Positions 6,838 to 16,119 of a DNA stretch of 28,121 nt are shown here, one piece after another. The stretch lies in IMG/VR virus record IMGVR_UViG_3300030376_002572, positions 1 to 28,121 of that record. One strand, 5' to 3'. Source of the DNA: a virus (Duplodnaviria > Caudoviricetes). Positions within the stretch are counted from its first letter, which is position 1, and each line of letters starts with the position of its first letter. Both the position numbers and the translations under genes were made by a program. A model generated the notes under the pieces. That model worked only from the letters and a program-made list of their open reading frames with translations. It was not told the origin of the DNA and did not search any database.

Positions 6838-8885
6838 TGGCTAAAGAAAGTATAAAAGTAGCATTACAACTAAATAATGGTCAATTTGATAAAGCACTAA
6901 GTTCAAGCACACGAAATGTGCAAGATTTTGAACAATCAGGCATAACATCATTTACTAAGGTTGCCGCGGCAATAGGTACAGTTGTAGCCGCCGCAAAATC
7001 ATTGCAAAGTATTGTAGAAGTAGGTGCTTCATTTGAAGACTTACAAAATTCTTTAAATGTTGTATTTGGTAGTATCCAAGAAGGTGCAGTAGCATTTGAA
7101 AGAATAAAAGATTTTGCAAAAACCACACAATTCAGTGTACAAGATTTAACAAAAGGTTTTATACAGTTAAAAGGTTCTGGTGTTGAACCTACAAATGACT
7201 TAATGAGCACATTTGCCAATACGGCAAGTATTACTACAGACCAATTAGGTACTTTCCAAGCAATGCTGGATTTAGTTAGCAGAACTACAGCAGGTGGTCT
7301 TAATTTACAAGACTTAAACAGATTAGGAGACAGAGGTGTTCCTGTATTTGATATTCTAGAAAAAAAATTAGGTAAGACAAGAAAAGAATTGACTAAAATG
7401 GGTCAATCAGCGGATGGTGCCAAACAAATAATAGATGCTTTAACAGAAGGATTAAATGAAAGATTTGGTACAGCATTAGATTCTGGTGCTAATAATATTA
7501 GCAGGTTAACTAATAACCTAGGTGATGGCTTTGATGAATTAAAAGATTCTTTGTTTAAATTATTTGACGATGAATTAAAAACAGCAATTAAAGGATTTAC
7601 TACTGTAATTGAAAATTTAACAACAGCAATTAGCAATCTAGATAAAGAAGGTAGAAATCTTATAGAAGGTCTAGCAATATTGGGTGGTATAGCAGTAGCA
7701 ATATTTAATCCGTTTAATAAATTAAGATTAGCATTTGGTGGACTTAAAAAAGGCGCGGCCACAATAGGCACGCCAATAAGAACAGCCGCTACAGAAATGG
7801 TTAAACAAAAAAATTCTGCGGCCAGACTTAAAACAGCAATTCTAAGTCTAGGAGCAGGTTTACTTACTTATTTTGGTATACAAAAAGCAATAGAACCTGT
7901 TATAGAAAAACAAAATGAAGAGTTAAAGAAAAATGCAGACAATTTAGAAGTAGTTACAGAAAGAGTTAAAGAATTTGTTGTTGCAACTACTGAAACACAT
8001 CCAGAATTAGATTTAACTTTAACTAAATTAGAATTTTTAAGGAAAAAATTAGCAGGAGTAAGCCGTACAGATTTTGGAACTAAATTTAAAGAACAAATAT
8101 TATTAGCAACAAAAAGTACTGGAAATTTTGAAGACTTTTTAACGTTCTTAAGAGAATTTTTCGCAGGTAAGGAAACAATAGGGGATATAGAAGAATTTGT
8201 AGAGTTATTTGACAGATTAAAAAATGCATTTGGTGTTACTCCTTTTGATGATTTTATACAAAGTCTAGAAGGTTTATCTTTAAGTACAGATGAGTATAAT
8301 ATAAAATTAAAAGAATTAAATGCATTAATACTAAAATATCCAGAATTAGCAAAAGAAGCCGCTGAAGCACAAAAAGTATTAGACCAAGCCTTAAGTCAAA
8401 ATGAAGGATTAAATAACTTTTTAGAAACATTAGGTTCAGCACAAAAAGCCTTGAGTGAAGATTTAGCAACAGCATTCCTTGAAGGACAAAAAGCCGGAGA
8501 CGTATTTAAAAATTTCTTTAAAACATTAGTAACACAAATAATAGCAGACGTCATAAGATTAAGTATTATACAACCTATTCTAGGTGCATTACTATCACCA
8601 TTCGGATTTGGATTTGGATCAGGCGGTAATATAGTTAAATTAGCAACAGGTGGTCCAGTTATGGCAAACCAACCTTATATAGTTGGCGAAAGAGGTCCAG
8701 AATTATTTAGACCTACAGGTGCTGGTCAAATTATACCTAATCATCACCTAGGTGGCGGTGGTGGGGGACAAGTTACATACAACATCAATGCTGTAGATGC
8801 CGCATCATTTAAAACACTGGTTGCCAGAGACCCAGAATTTATTTACAATGTCACCAGAGCAGGTGCCAGAAGGGTGCCAGGATAA
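6837..8885 (+). CDS. Tail tape measure protein
   Basis: 682 aa, helical; N-terminal FAKTTQFSVQDL..DLNRLGDRGVP domain; C-terminal ATGGPV..YIVGERGPELF. Confidence 0.93.
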   Translation: MAKESIKVALQLNNGQFDKALSSSTRNVQDFEQSGITSFTKVAAAIGTVVAAAKSLQSIVEVGASFEDLQNSLNVVFGSIQEGAVAFERIKDFAKTTQFSVQDLTKGFIQLKGSGVEPTNDLMSTFANTASITTDQLGTFQAMLDLVSRTTAGGLNLQDLNRLGDRGVPVFDILEKKLGKTRKELTKMGQSADGAKQIIDALTEGLNERFGTALDSGANNISRLTNNLGDGFDELKDSLFKLFDDELKTAIKGFTTVIENLTTAISNLDKEGRNLIEGLAILGGIAVAIFNPFNKLRLAFGGLKKGAATIGTPIRTAATEMVKQKNSAARLKTAILSLGAGLLTYFGIQKAIEPVIEKQNEELKKNADNLEVVTERVKEFVVATTETHPELDLTLTKLEFLRKKLAGVSRTDFGTKFKEQILLATKSTGNFEDFLTFLREFFAGKETIGDIEEFVELFDRLKNAFGVTPFDDFIQSLEGLSLSTDEYNIKLKELNALILKYPELAKEAAEAQKVLDQALSQNEGLNNFLETLGSAQKALSEDLATAFLEGQKAGDVFKNFFKTLVTQIIADVIRLSIIQPILGALLSPFGFGFGSGGNIVKLATGGPVMANQPYIVGERGPELFRPTGAGQIIPNHHLGGGGGGQVTYNINAVDAASFKTLVARDPEFIYNVTRAGARRVPG

Positions 8886-9649
8886 TGAGTAATTATCAAT
8901 ACGTTATAGACAATGCGACGTCCCTGCAGTTAACATATCAGGATATAACAAACAGTAGTATATCCAGAAGTTCAGAAATAACTACAGGCGTAGTGTTTGG
9001 TATTAGGCCATATTCATTAACTGTGACGTTACCTCCTGTGTTAGATGCTACAGATCCTGATGTTAGAGGCTTACTTGCGTATATAGATAAAAATGCAAAG
9101 GTCACATCAGAAATTATTAATATTGGTAGTACAAATACAGGATTAGATTATATACTAAAATACAGAGGTAACGCAACTACTACAGCAATTAATAATTTAG
9201 ATTTAAGTACATATGGCAGACCAGGACAAGCAAATACTAGCAATCAATCGCCTCCTGTACAATTAACACCCAGTACTAAAGTGTTAACATTAAGTACAAA
9301 TCAAAACAATATACAAGCAGATGCCCTATATTTTAAGAAAGGTGATTATATACAATTAAATGACACAGATAATGAAAATTTAATGGTGATAGCAGAAGAC
9401 AGATCAGCAAGTGATTTTTATGGAGGTATAGGAACAAAATATTTAGACATTCCTTTAGAACGTGTATACACAACCAAGTCAGGAGGTTATGCATCGCTAA
9501 GTTCACCTAATGTGTTAACAGGTACAGATGTAAGAATGACATTTACACTAATAAACCAGCCTAGGTATACCCTAGTGCCAGGAGGTCCAGGTAATGTTAC
9601 AGTACAATTTCAGGATGCTTTTGAATTCGCGGAGGTATTATACACATGA
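8885..9649 (+). CDS. Distal tail-like protein, copy 1
   Basis: Directly after the tape measure gene; KKGDYIQL motif, ends FEFAEVL. Confidence 0.6.
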   Translation: MSNYQYVIDNATSLQLTYQDITNSSISRSSEITTGVVFGIRPYSLTVTLPPVLDATDPDVRGLLAYIDKNAKVTSEIINIGSTNTGLDYILKYRGNATTTAINNLDLSTYGRPGQANTSNQSPPVQLTPSTKVLTLSTNQNNIQADALYFKKGDYIQLNDTDNENLMVIAEDRSASDFYGGIGTKYLDIPLERVYTTKSGGYASLSSPNVLTGTDVRMTFTLINQPRYTLVPGGPGNVTVQFQDAFEFAEVLYT

Positions 9650-10275
9650 GCGTAGCAAGTGCATTCGGTAACGTAATGTTGCCAGAAACATATCTTAAGA
9701 TAGTGTTAAACAAGCCTGTAAATAGAAGCACAGGATTAAGTGGTCAATATGCCGCAGAGCATTATTCAGCAAATGTTATATATCAATTCGAAGTAGGTAT
9801 AAGTCCAGGTTACTCTTATAGCGAAAACAGAAACGATATTTTAGATATAGAACAGGGTATGAAAGATCATACACAATTTCAATATACATTAAATTTATCA
9901 GGATTTACAGCATATCAGGGAGATGTAACTGATTTAGCAAATGTAACTCATACTAGCTCAGTCCATGGAGAATCTACTGTATATGTAAATACTACAGCAG
10001 TTACAGGAAGTCCATCAGGTAATTTAGTTAGAGCAGGCGATTGGGTAAGAGTTGGAAATAAATTTGCACAAGCGTCTGAAGATGTTACATATAGTTCAAG
10101 CAGTAATATAGCAATACCATTATCAAGACCTAATATAGATACAGGTTCTGTATCCTTAGTAGCAAATGCTCCGTTTTTTAATGTAAAATTTGCAGAGTAT
10201 AATCCATACACTATACAGCCTTATGACAGGTTACAATACAAAAACCCTAGTGTAAAATTAATTGAGGTAATATAA
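9646..10275 (+). CDS. Distal tail-like protein, copy 2
   Basis: RAGDWVRV motif, ends KLIEVI; same architecture as the preceding gene. Confidence 0.55.
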   Translation: MSVASAFGNVMLPETYLKIVLNKPVNRSTGLSGQYAAEHYSANVIYQFEVGISPGYSYSENRNDILDIEQGMKDHTQFQYTLNLSGFTAYQGDVTDLANVTHTSSVHGESTVYVNTTAVTGSPSGNLVRAGDWVRVGNKFAQASEDVTYSSSSNIAIPLSRPNIDTGSVSLVANAPFFNVKFAEYNPYTIQPYDRLQYKNPSVKLIEVI

Positions 10276-10937
10276 TGAGCACAAGTATACCAGAAGTAGC
10301 AAATCCTAGTGTTAATCACGCATTACTAGTAGACTTAACTTTGGGTGGGACAACATACAAATTAACTAATGGCTATAAAATGCCTGTAGCAACAGCCACA
10401 GATCCAGCATTTGGATATCAAGCACTAGGCGGATTTTTACAATGTGGAACTATTACAGAAAACATTAAAGCAACTACAGGAGATTTACAATTATCTTTAA
10501 GTGGTGTGCCTGTAGATAGTAATAATTATTTAACTACAGTATTAGGCACAACAGTAAAAGGTGGTAATGTAGTAGTACAAAGGGCTTTCTTCGATACTGA
10601 TACTGGTGAGACAACTAATGTATATCAACGTTTTAAAGGTATAATTACAGGTTTCTCTGTAGTAGAAGAATTAGATGTACTGGATGGAGAAAATACAGCA
10701 ACAGTAAGTATTACAGCGGCAAGTACACTAAGTATTTTAGAAAACCAAATTACAGGACAAAGAACAAATGAAGTAGACAGAAAACGTTACTTCCCCACAG
10801 ATACAATTATGGACAGAGTAAAAGATTTACATAATGTACAATTTGACTTTGGTAGAGAGTTCAGTTCCTCCGGAGGCGGTGGCGGAGGCGGTGGCCGTGG
10901 CGGAGGCGGTGGCCGTAGAAGGAATATACAAAGATAA
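10275..10937 (+). CDS. Tail tip/baseplate hub protein (DUF2163/gpL-like position)
   Basis: Motifs LQLSLSGV, VQRAFFD, RFKGII, GQRTN, FDFGR; Gly/Arg C-terminal tail. Confidence 0.65.
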   Translation: MSTSIPEVANPSVNHALLVDLTLGGTTYKLTNGYKMPVATATDPAFGYQALGGFLQCGTITENIKATTGDLQLSLSGVPVDSNNYLTTVLGTTVKGGNVVVQRAFFDTDTGETTNVYQRFKGIITGFSVVEELDVLDGENTATVSITAASTLSILENQITGQRTNEVDRKRYFPTDTIMDRVKDLHNVQFDFGREFSSSGGGGGGGGRGGGGGRRRNIQR

Positions 10938-11389
10938 TGATAAGACGAGCAGGAATAGGAGATTATGAAGTCATTATGGAAATGATGATTAATTTTGCCA
11001 ATGCGGCTCCTTTCAGTGCATTTCATAATCCTCAATATAATGTAAATTATATAACTAATTTAATTACAGGATTTATGAAAAAAGGTGTCATACTTATAGC
11101 AGAAAAAGACGATAAACCTTTAGGTATGTTAGTTGCAGGTATAAGTCCAGATCCCTGGCTACCTCATGTACAAATATTAAGAGAATATGCATGGTGGGTA
11201 GAACCAGAAGCAAGAAACACAACACTAGGTTACAAATTACTAGTAGAATATGTAAAATTTGGTAAAAAATTAAAAGAAAAAGGCATAATAGAAGCATTTA
11301 CACTAACAAACATGGTAGAGTCACCAGATTTTGACTTACAAAAACGTGGTTGGAGAGAAGTAGAAACAAATTATGTATATGAGGGATAG
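10937..11389 (+). CDS. GNAT-fold acetyltransferase-like protein
   Basis: MIRRA start, LIAEKDDKPLGML, WWVEPEARNTTLGYKLL (motif A-like), KRGW. Confidence 0.8.
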   Translation: MIRRAGIGDYEVIMEMMINFANAAPFSAFHNPQYNVNYITNLITGFMKKGVILIAEKDDKPLGMLVAGISPDPWLPHVQILREYAWWVEPEARNTTLGYKLLVEYVKFGKKLKEKGIIEAFTLTNMVESPDFDLQKRGWREVETNYVYEG

Positions 11390-11392
11390 TAT

Positions 11393-13543
11393 ATGGCAAT
11401 TTTTACAGCAATAGCGGCCGCAATAACAGGTGCAATTACAGGAGCCGGATTCGCGGCAGCCTTTGCCGCGGCAGGAACATTAACTGGTTTAGGTATTGCT
11501 ACCTCTTTACTAGCAGGTGGTATTGCTATAGCAACAGCAAAAGCATTAGGACCAGGCGTACCCAGTATACAATCAGCAAAAGACCCTGGTGTTAAAATAC
11601 AATTAGATCCCAGTACAGATAATAAGTTACCAGTATATTATGGCGAATCGTTTTTAGGCGGAATAGCCATAGATGCCATGATTAAAAATCAAAATAACAC
11701 AATGGTGTATGCCTTTGCTATTGGTGAACAAACAGACTCAGGTACTGTAACTATAAGCGACGTTTATAGGGGAGACAGTAAATTAAATTTTGGAACAGGT
11801 GCATTAGCACACCAAGTAGTTAGTCTTACAGATCCTAATGGTACAGCAGTAACAAATGTAAATGGTAAAATACGTTGTAGAGTATACTCAGGTAACACTC
11901 ATGCAAATGCACAAATATTTCCAGCACCAGGAGGCAGTACAACAGCCGTAGCGGCAAATACAATGTTTACTAACTGGGCAGGAGATCCTAATAAATTAGG
12001 TAGTAATGCTATAATCAGTATTGTGGAAGTAGATTACGATGCAGGTAATGGATTGCAAGGATTAGGCACAATAAGTTATGATTTTAAAAACAGTCTGGAT
12101 AATCCTGCAAATGTTTTATTAGATTATCTTAAGAATGACCGTTATGGATGTGGTTTAACAGATGATGATTTAGATTTACCATCGTTTACAGACATGTATG
12201 ATTATGCAATAGAAGATGTTGCATATGTCACTAGTTCAGGTACTACTACATCACATCATAGATGGAAAATTAATGGTGGTTTAAGTACATTCCAACCTAA
12301 TTTAACTAACATAGATCAGATATGTCAAAATAGTGCAACATTCTTTACATATAATCCCAAAGCAGGAAAGTATGCAGTAGTACCAAACAGACTTGTTACC
12401 ACAGCAGAATTTGCCAATGCTTTTGTATTTAATGATGATAATATAGTAAGCAGTATAACAGTAGCAGATCCTGAATTATTTACAACGTATAACCAAGCAG
12501 ATATAGAATATAGTAATGGTGAAGCAAAAGACCAAACAGATAATGTATTTTTAGAAGTACCTACATTACCTAGCGGTAGTTCACAAGGGTTTCCAGGATA
12601 CAGCAGACTTCATAATGAGCCAACAAATACTTTAAGTACAAGATTGTTTTTAACTAATGACAAGGCTCGTGCTACAAATTTAGGTAACATAGATTTACTA
12701 CAAGGCAGAGTGGGTAGAACATTAGAATTTGAGGCTAATCATACAGCACTCACAGTGGATGTGGGAGATATAGTTAAAGTTACAAATGCCAGATACGGAT
12801 TCAGTAATCAGGCATACAGAGTTATGCGTGTAACAGAAATGGATAATGGTGACGGTATTATTACAGCAAAAGTAGTGCTAATGTTTCATGATAGTGGTAT
12901 ATATAATCACACAACAGCTCAAAATGAAGGAGAAATGGGTAACAGCGGTATTCCAAGTATACCAGTAGTAGCATTGCCTGTTCCTGGTGTATATACAGGA
13001 GAATATGCTAATTTAAATCTTAATAATCAGTTATATGGTGGAATTGTAGTTAATGATGCTATGAAAACGTTTGGTGCAGGAACGCAGTTAGCAGATAATC
13101 CAAATAACACAATTTCTTTAACAAATAACGGTACATTCCAAAATTTACATACACCTCAACTATATGACACAACAGGAGTCAATTTGGGAGATTATGAATT
13201 AACAAGTATAGGCCAATTAACAGGTACTCTAACAACTGACGTTAGTTATAACTATGGTATGAAAACAGTAGCAAATGTTACTTGGGCAAATGCAACAGCA
13301 ACGCATGTACAATCAGTAGATACCAGTATGCAATTTAATGGACTTATAAATACAGTACCACCAGCAGTATCTTTAGCAAAAAAATTGCCTTTAACTATTG
13401 CAGGTTCGGGTGGAGCGGCATCAGATATGTTGCCATCTAACATTACTTTAGTACAACAGGGTTTAACTAATAGTGGTGTTACAGGTCCTGGATTTGCAAA
13501 TATGGGATATCAATTGTTAAGAGTTACTAAGGGAGAGTTATAA
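11393..13543 (+). CDS. Central tail tip/hub protein (gpJ-like)
   Basis: Ala/Gly hydrophobic N-terminus, LPVYYG, NPANVLLDYLKNDRYGCG, VDVGDIVKVT..YRVMRV. Confidence 0.85.
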   Translation: MAIFTAIAAAITGAITGAGFAAAFAAAGTLTGLGIATSLLAGGIAIATAKALGPGVPSIQSAKDPGVKIQLDPSTDNKLPVYYGESFLGGIAIDAMIKNQNNTMVYAFAIGEQTDSGTVTISDVYRGDSKLNFGTGALAHQVVSLTDPNGTAVTNVNGKIRCRVYSGNTHANAQIFPAPGGSTTAVAANTMFTNWAGDPNKLGSNAIISIVEVDYDAGNGLQGLGTISYDFKNSLDNPANVLLDYLKNDRYGCGLTDDDLDLPSFTDMYDYAIEDVAYVTSSGTTTSHHRWKINGGLSTFQPNLTNIDQICQNSATFFTYNPKAGKYAVVPNRLVTTAEFANAFVFNDDNIVSSITVADPELFTTYNQADIEYSNGEAKDQTDNVFLEVPTLPSGSSQGFPGYSRLHNEPTNTLSTRLFLTNDKARATNLGNIDLLQGRVGRTLEFEANHTALTVDVGDIVKVTNARYGFSNQAYRVMRVTEMDNGDGIITAKVVLMFHDSGIYNHTTAQNEGEMGNSGIPSIPVVALPVPGVYTGEYANLNLNNQLYGGIVVNDAMKTFGAGTQLADNPNNTISLTNNGTFQNLHTPQLYDTTGVNLGDYELTSIGQLTGTLTTDVSYNYGMKTVANVTWANATATHVQSVDTSMQFNGLINTVPPAVSLAKKLPLTIAGSGGAASDMLPSNITLVQQGLTNSGVTGPGFANMGYQLLRVTKGEL

Positions 13544-13929
13544 TGTATAGAACATTATATAGCAAAACAACTGGCCAAATAGAAATATCTAGAACAATGT
13601 CTGCAGATATATTAGCACAAATGTTGGCTAGTAATACGGATTTAGCATATCTGGATGTTTTTACAGACGATATACAAAATAAAATAGTTAATTTAGATAC
13701 ATTAGCAATAGAAGATAATGTACCTGTTTTTGACTTTGATAGATATTTAAGAACATATAGAAATAATGCCTTAATGGCTAGTGATTGGACACAAGGCGTA
13801 GATAGTCCATTGTCTGACAGCAAAAAAACAGAATGGCAAACATACAGACAAGCACTAAGAGACTTGCCTAGTACACATGCCACGTTAACAGATATAAATG
13901 ACTTAGTAATGCCAAATAAACCGGAGTAA
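13543..13929 (+). CDS. Tail fibre assembly chaperone-like protein
   Basis: RNNALMASDWTQ..DSPL..WQTYRQALRDLP motif. Confidence 0.8.
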   Translation: MYRTLYSKTTGQIEISRTMSADILAQMLASNTDLAYLDVFTDDIQNKIVNLDTLAIEDNVPVFDFDRYLRTYRNNALMASDWTQGVDSPLSDSKKTEWQTYRQALRDLPSTHATLTDINDLVMPNKPE

Positions 13930-13932
13930 GAT

Positions 13933-15519
13933 ATGCCAAGTAAAAGAGTAGGTTTTTTTAGAACAGATGAAGGCAATGTAGAGGCATTATTTGATGAACC
14001 TGTATACGCAATAAATGAAGTAATATCTGATACAAACAACTCTACGGTTACATTTAACGTAACAACTAATATTACACAGGCATCTGGCAGAACAGTTATG
14101 CCTACTGTTATATGGAATATAACAGGAACAGCATCTGCAAGTGATTTTATAGATGCTGAGGGAATGACAAATACTTTAATATTGCCTACAAGTGGTAATT
14201 TAAGTATAACAAAAAATTTAGATATAAATTCAGACAGTAATGTAAATTTTACATTTAACTTGTATACTAGTGATGTCAATACTACGCCAGTAGTAACTAG
14301 CAATGTGATAAATGCTAGTGCATTAGCACCTATAACAGCAACAGGTGGTACTATAAATGTGACAACTAACACATTCCATAAATATCACACATTTACATCT
14401 AATGGTACTTTCGATATTACGTCAGTAGGCGATGCGTCAATAGATTCCAATATGGGTAATGTAGACGTACTAGTAGTAGGTGGTGGCGGAGCAGGTGGAT
14501 TTTCCAATCAATCAATATGGGGAGAAGAACGTGAGAATTGGAGCAACGATGAGATATTAACAGCACGTGGAGATTATTATCCAGAACCAGCAAATGCTTC
14601 ATACGGCAGTGGAGGCGGTGGCGCAGGTGCAGTAAATGTGTTAACAGATGTTGCAGTTGGTGTAGGTTCAAATGCTGTAGTTATAGGCGCAGGTGGTACA
14701 TGTACTTTAGCAAATGCAACCAGAGACGGTAGTAATACTACATTTATGGGAAATACAGCACCAGGTGGTGGTGGAGGCGGTAATGGATTCCTGGGTTGGC
14801 CAGGAGGTGCACCATTATCTGCAGTCTCATATCATAATTCACAAATACCTGGATTCGATGCAAACATAATGTTATCTGTGAAAGATTATAATGTAGCACC
14901 TTATAGTAATGTAAATTTATATACTAATAATGGTAGGGATGGCACAGGCCCTGGAGCCGGAGGCGGTGGTGTTGGATTAAGCACAAAAGATACAGATGAA
15001 GGATTTACAACTAGTATACCACCCCCATTTCCTAGAACAGGAGACGGCATAGCAGGTGTACCAGGTACAGGCACAGGCGCAGGTAATGGAGGATTTGGAT
15101 TATTAAATGATAACAATGACAATGATTGGCATGCCATCCAGGCCGGAGGTGGCGGAGGCGGATCTGTTGGCAACGGACAGGCTGGCCATTTTAATGGCAC
15201 AAGATATGACAGAGGTAATGGCGGATTAGGTACTAATGCTTCAGTTACCGGTAATGTAGTATTATATGGCGCAGGAGGACAAGGTGGATATGGTCCTCTA
15301 GTGCAAAATTCTAACCCAAGTGCTAACACAATATTTATGGTAAGTGGTGTATTCGGAAATGAAAGCCATGATGGCTTATATGATAACACCAGTGGTGCTA
15401 ACGTAGAAGTTGCAGGTGCGCCTAATTCAGGCCATGGTGGAGGTGCTGGTGCTAATGGTGGTAGCGGATTTGTAGCAGTAAAATACATTGCTAAACGTAG
15501 ATATCTAAATATAACCTAA
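13933..15519 (+). CDS. Glycine-rich virion/tail protein
   Basis: ATGGT..HTFTSNGTF, VLVVGGGGAGG, many GGGGG runs, terminal GGSGFVAVKY. Confidence 0.8.
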   Translation: MPSKRVGFFRTDEGNVEALFDEPVYAINEVISDTNNSTVTFNVTTNITQASGRTVMPTVIWNITGTASASDFIDAEGMTNTLILPTSGNLSITKNLDINSDSNVNFTFNLYTSDVNTTPVVTSNVINASALAPITATGGTINVTTNTFHKYHTFTSNGTFDITSVGDASIDSNMGNVDVLVVGGGGAGGFSNQSIWGEERENWSNDEILTARGDYYPEPANASYGSGGGGAGAVNVLTDVAVGVGSNAVVIGAGGTCTLANATRDGSNTTFMGNTAPGGGGGGNGFLGWPGGAPLSAVSYHNSQIPGFDANIMLSVKDYNVAPYSNVNLYTNNGRDGTGPGAGGGGVGLSTKDTDEGFTTSIPPPFPRTGDGIAGVPGTGTGAGNGGFGLLNDNNDNDWHAIQAGGGGGGSVGNGQAGHFNGTRYDRGNGGLGTNASVTGNVVLYGAGGQGGYGPLVQNSNPSANTIFMVSGVFGNESHDGLYDNTSGANVEVAGAPNSGHGGGAGANGGSGFVAVKYIAKRRYLNIT

Positions 15520-15532
15520 AATCTGTAAAAAG

Positions 15533-15579
15533 GATAAATAGTACTACAAATTAAGGTTATATGCGATCACGCATATAGC
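15533..15579 (+). promoter_or_regulatory. GATAAATA box plus leader hairpin before the fibre module
   Basis: Box 15533-15540; hairpin gttatatgcg-atca-cgcatatagc 15556-15579; AGGAG RBS follows. Confidence 0.65.
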
Positions 15580-15603
15580 AAGTTCCAATAGGAGACGAGC
15601 ATC

Positions 15604-16110
15604 ATGAGTGGAAGACTTTTATCATTTTCAAATTACGTAGGCGGAGCCGATAACGTACAAGTTATCGAACTTTTTCCTTCAACGCAACAAACGTTTACAT
15701 ACAATTATAACACTAGTATAGTAGGATATACTTTTGAAGCAGACAAGCAAACAATAATTGTAGATCAAATGACATATAATACAACAGATGGACAACCTAA
15801 TTTTACAACAAGTTCTGTAACAGGCAGTTATGCTAATTCAGAGATAGGTGCCTCAAATATAGTTGTACAAAATGCCGCAACAGGTACTGTTAACTTTACA
15901 ATACCTAGTCAACGTTATACAGGTAATATTATACCAGATGCTCGAACAAATGTCCCAATAACAGTAGTCTCATTTAAATGGACTAACACAAATGTTACAC
16001 CTCCCACAACAGAATCACACAGATGGGCAGTAATTGAACGTTATGAACCAGATGTAACTATTGGAGACCCAACTTTAGGTGCAGGATATACCGTAATACC
16101 AACTTCATAG
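15604..16110 (+). CDS. Beta-rich virion protein, possible fibre adaptor
   Basis: 168 aa, Thr-rich, NAATGTVNFTIP motif, precedes the fibre gene. Confidence 0.55.
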   Translation: MSGRLLSFSNYVGGADNVQVIELFPSTQQTFTYNYNTSIVGYTFEADKQTIIVDQMTYNTTDGQPNFTTSSVTGSYANSEIGASNIVVQNAATGTVNFTIPSQRYTGNIIPDARTNVPITVVSFKWTNTNVTPPTTESHRWAVIERYEPDVTIGDPTLGAGYTVIPTS

Positions 16111-16119
16111 GAGACTAAA

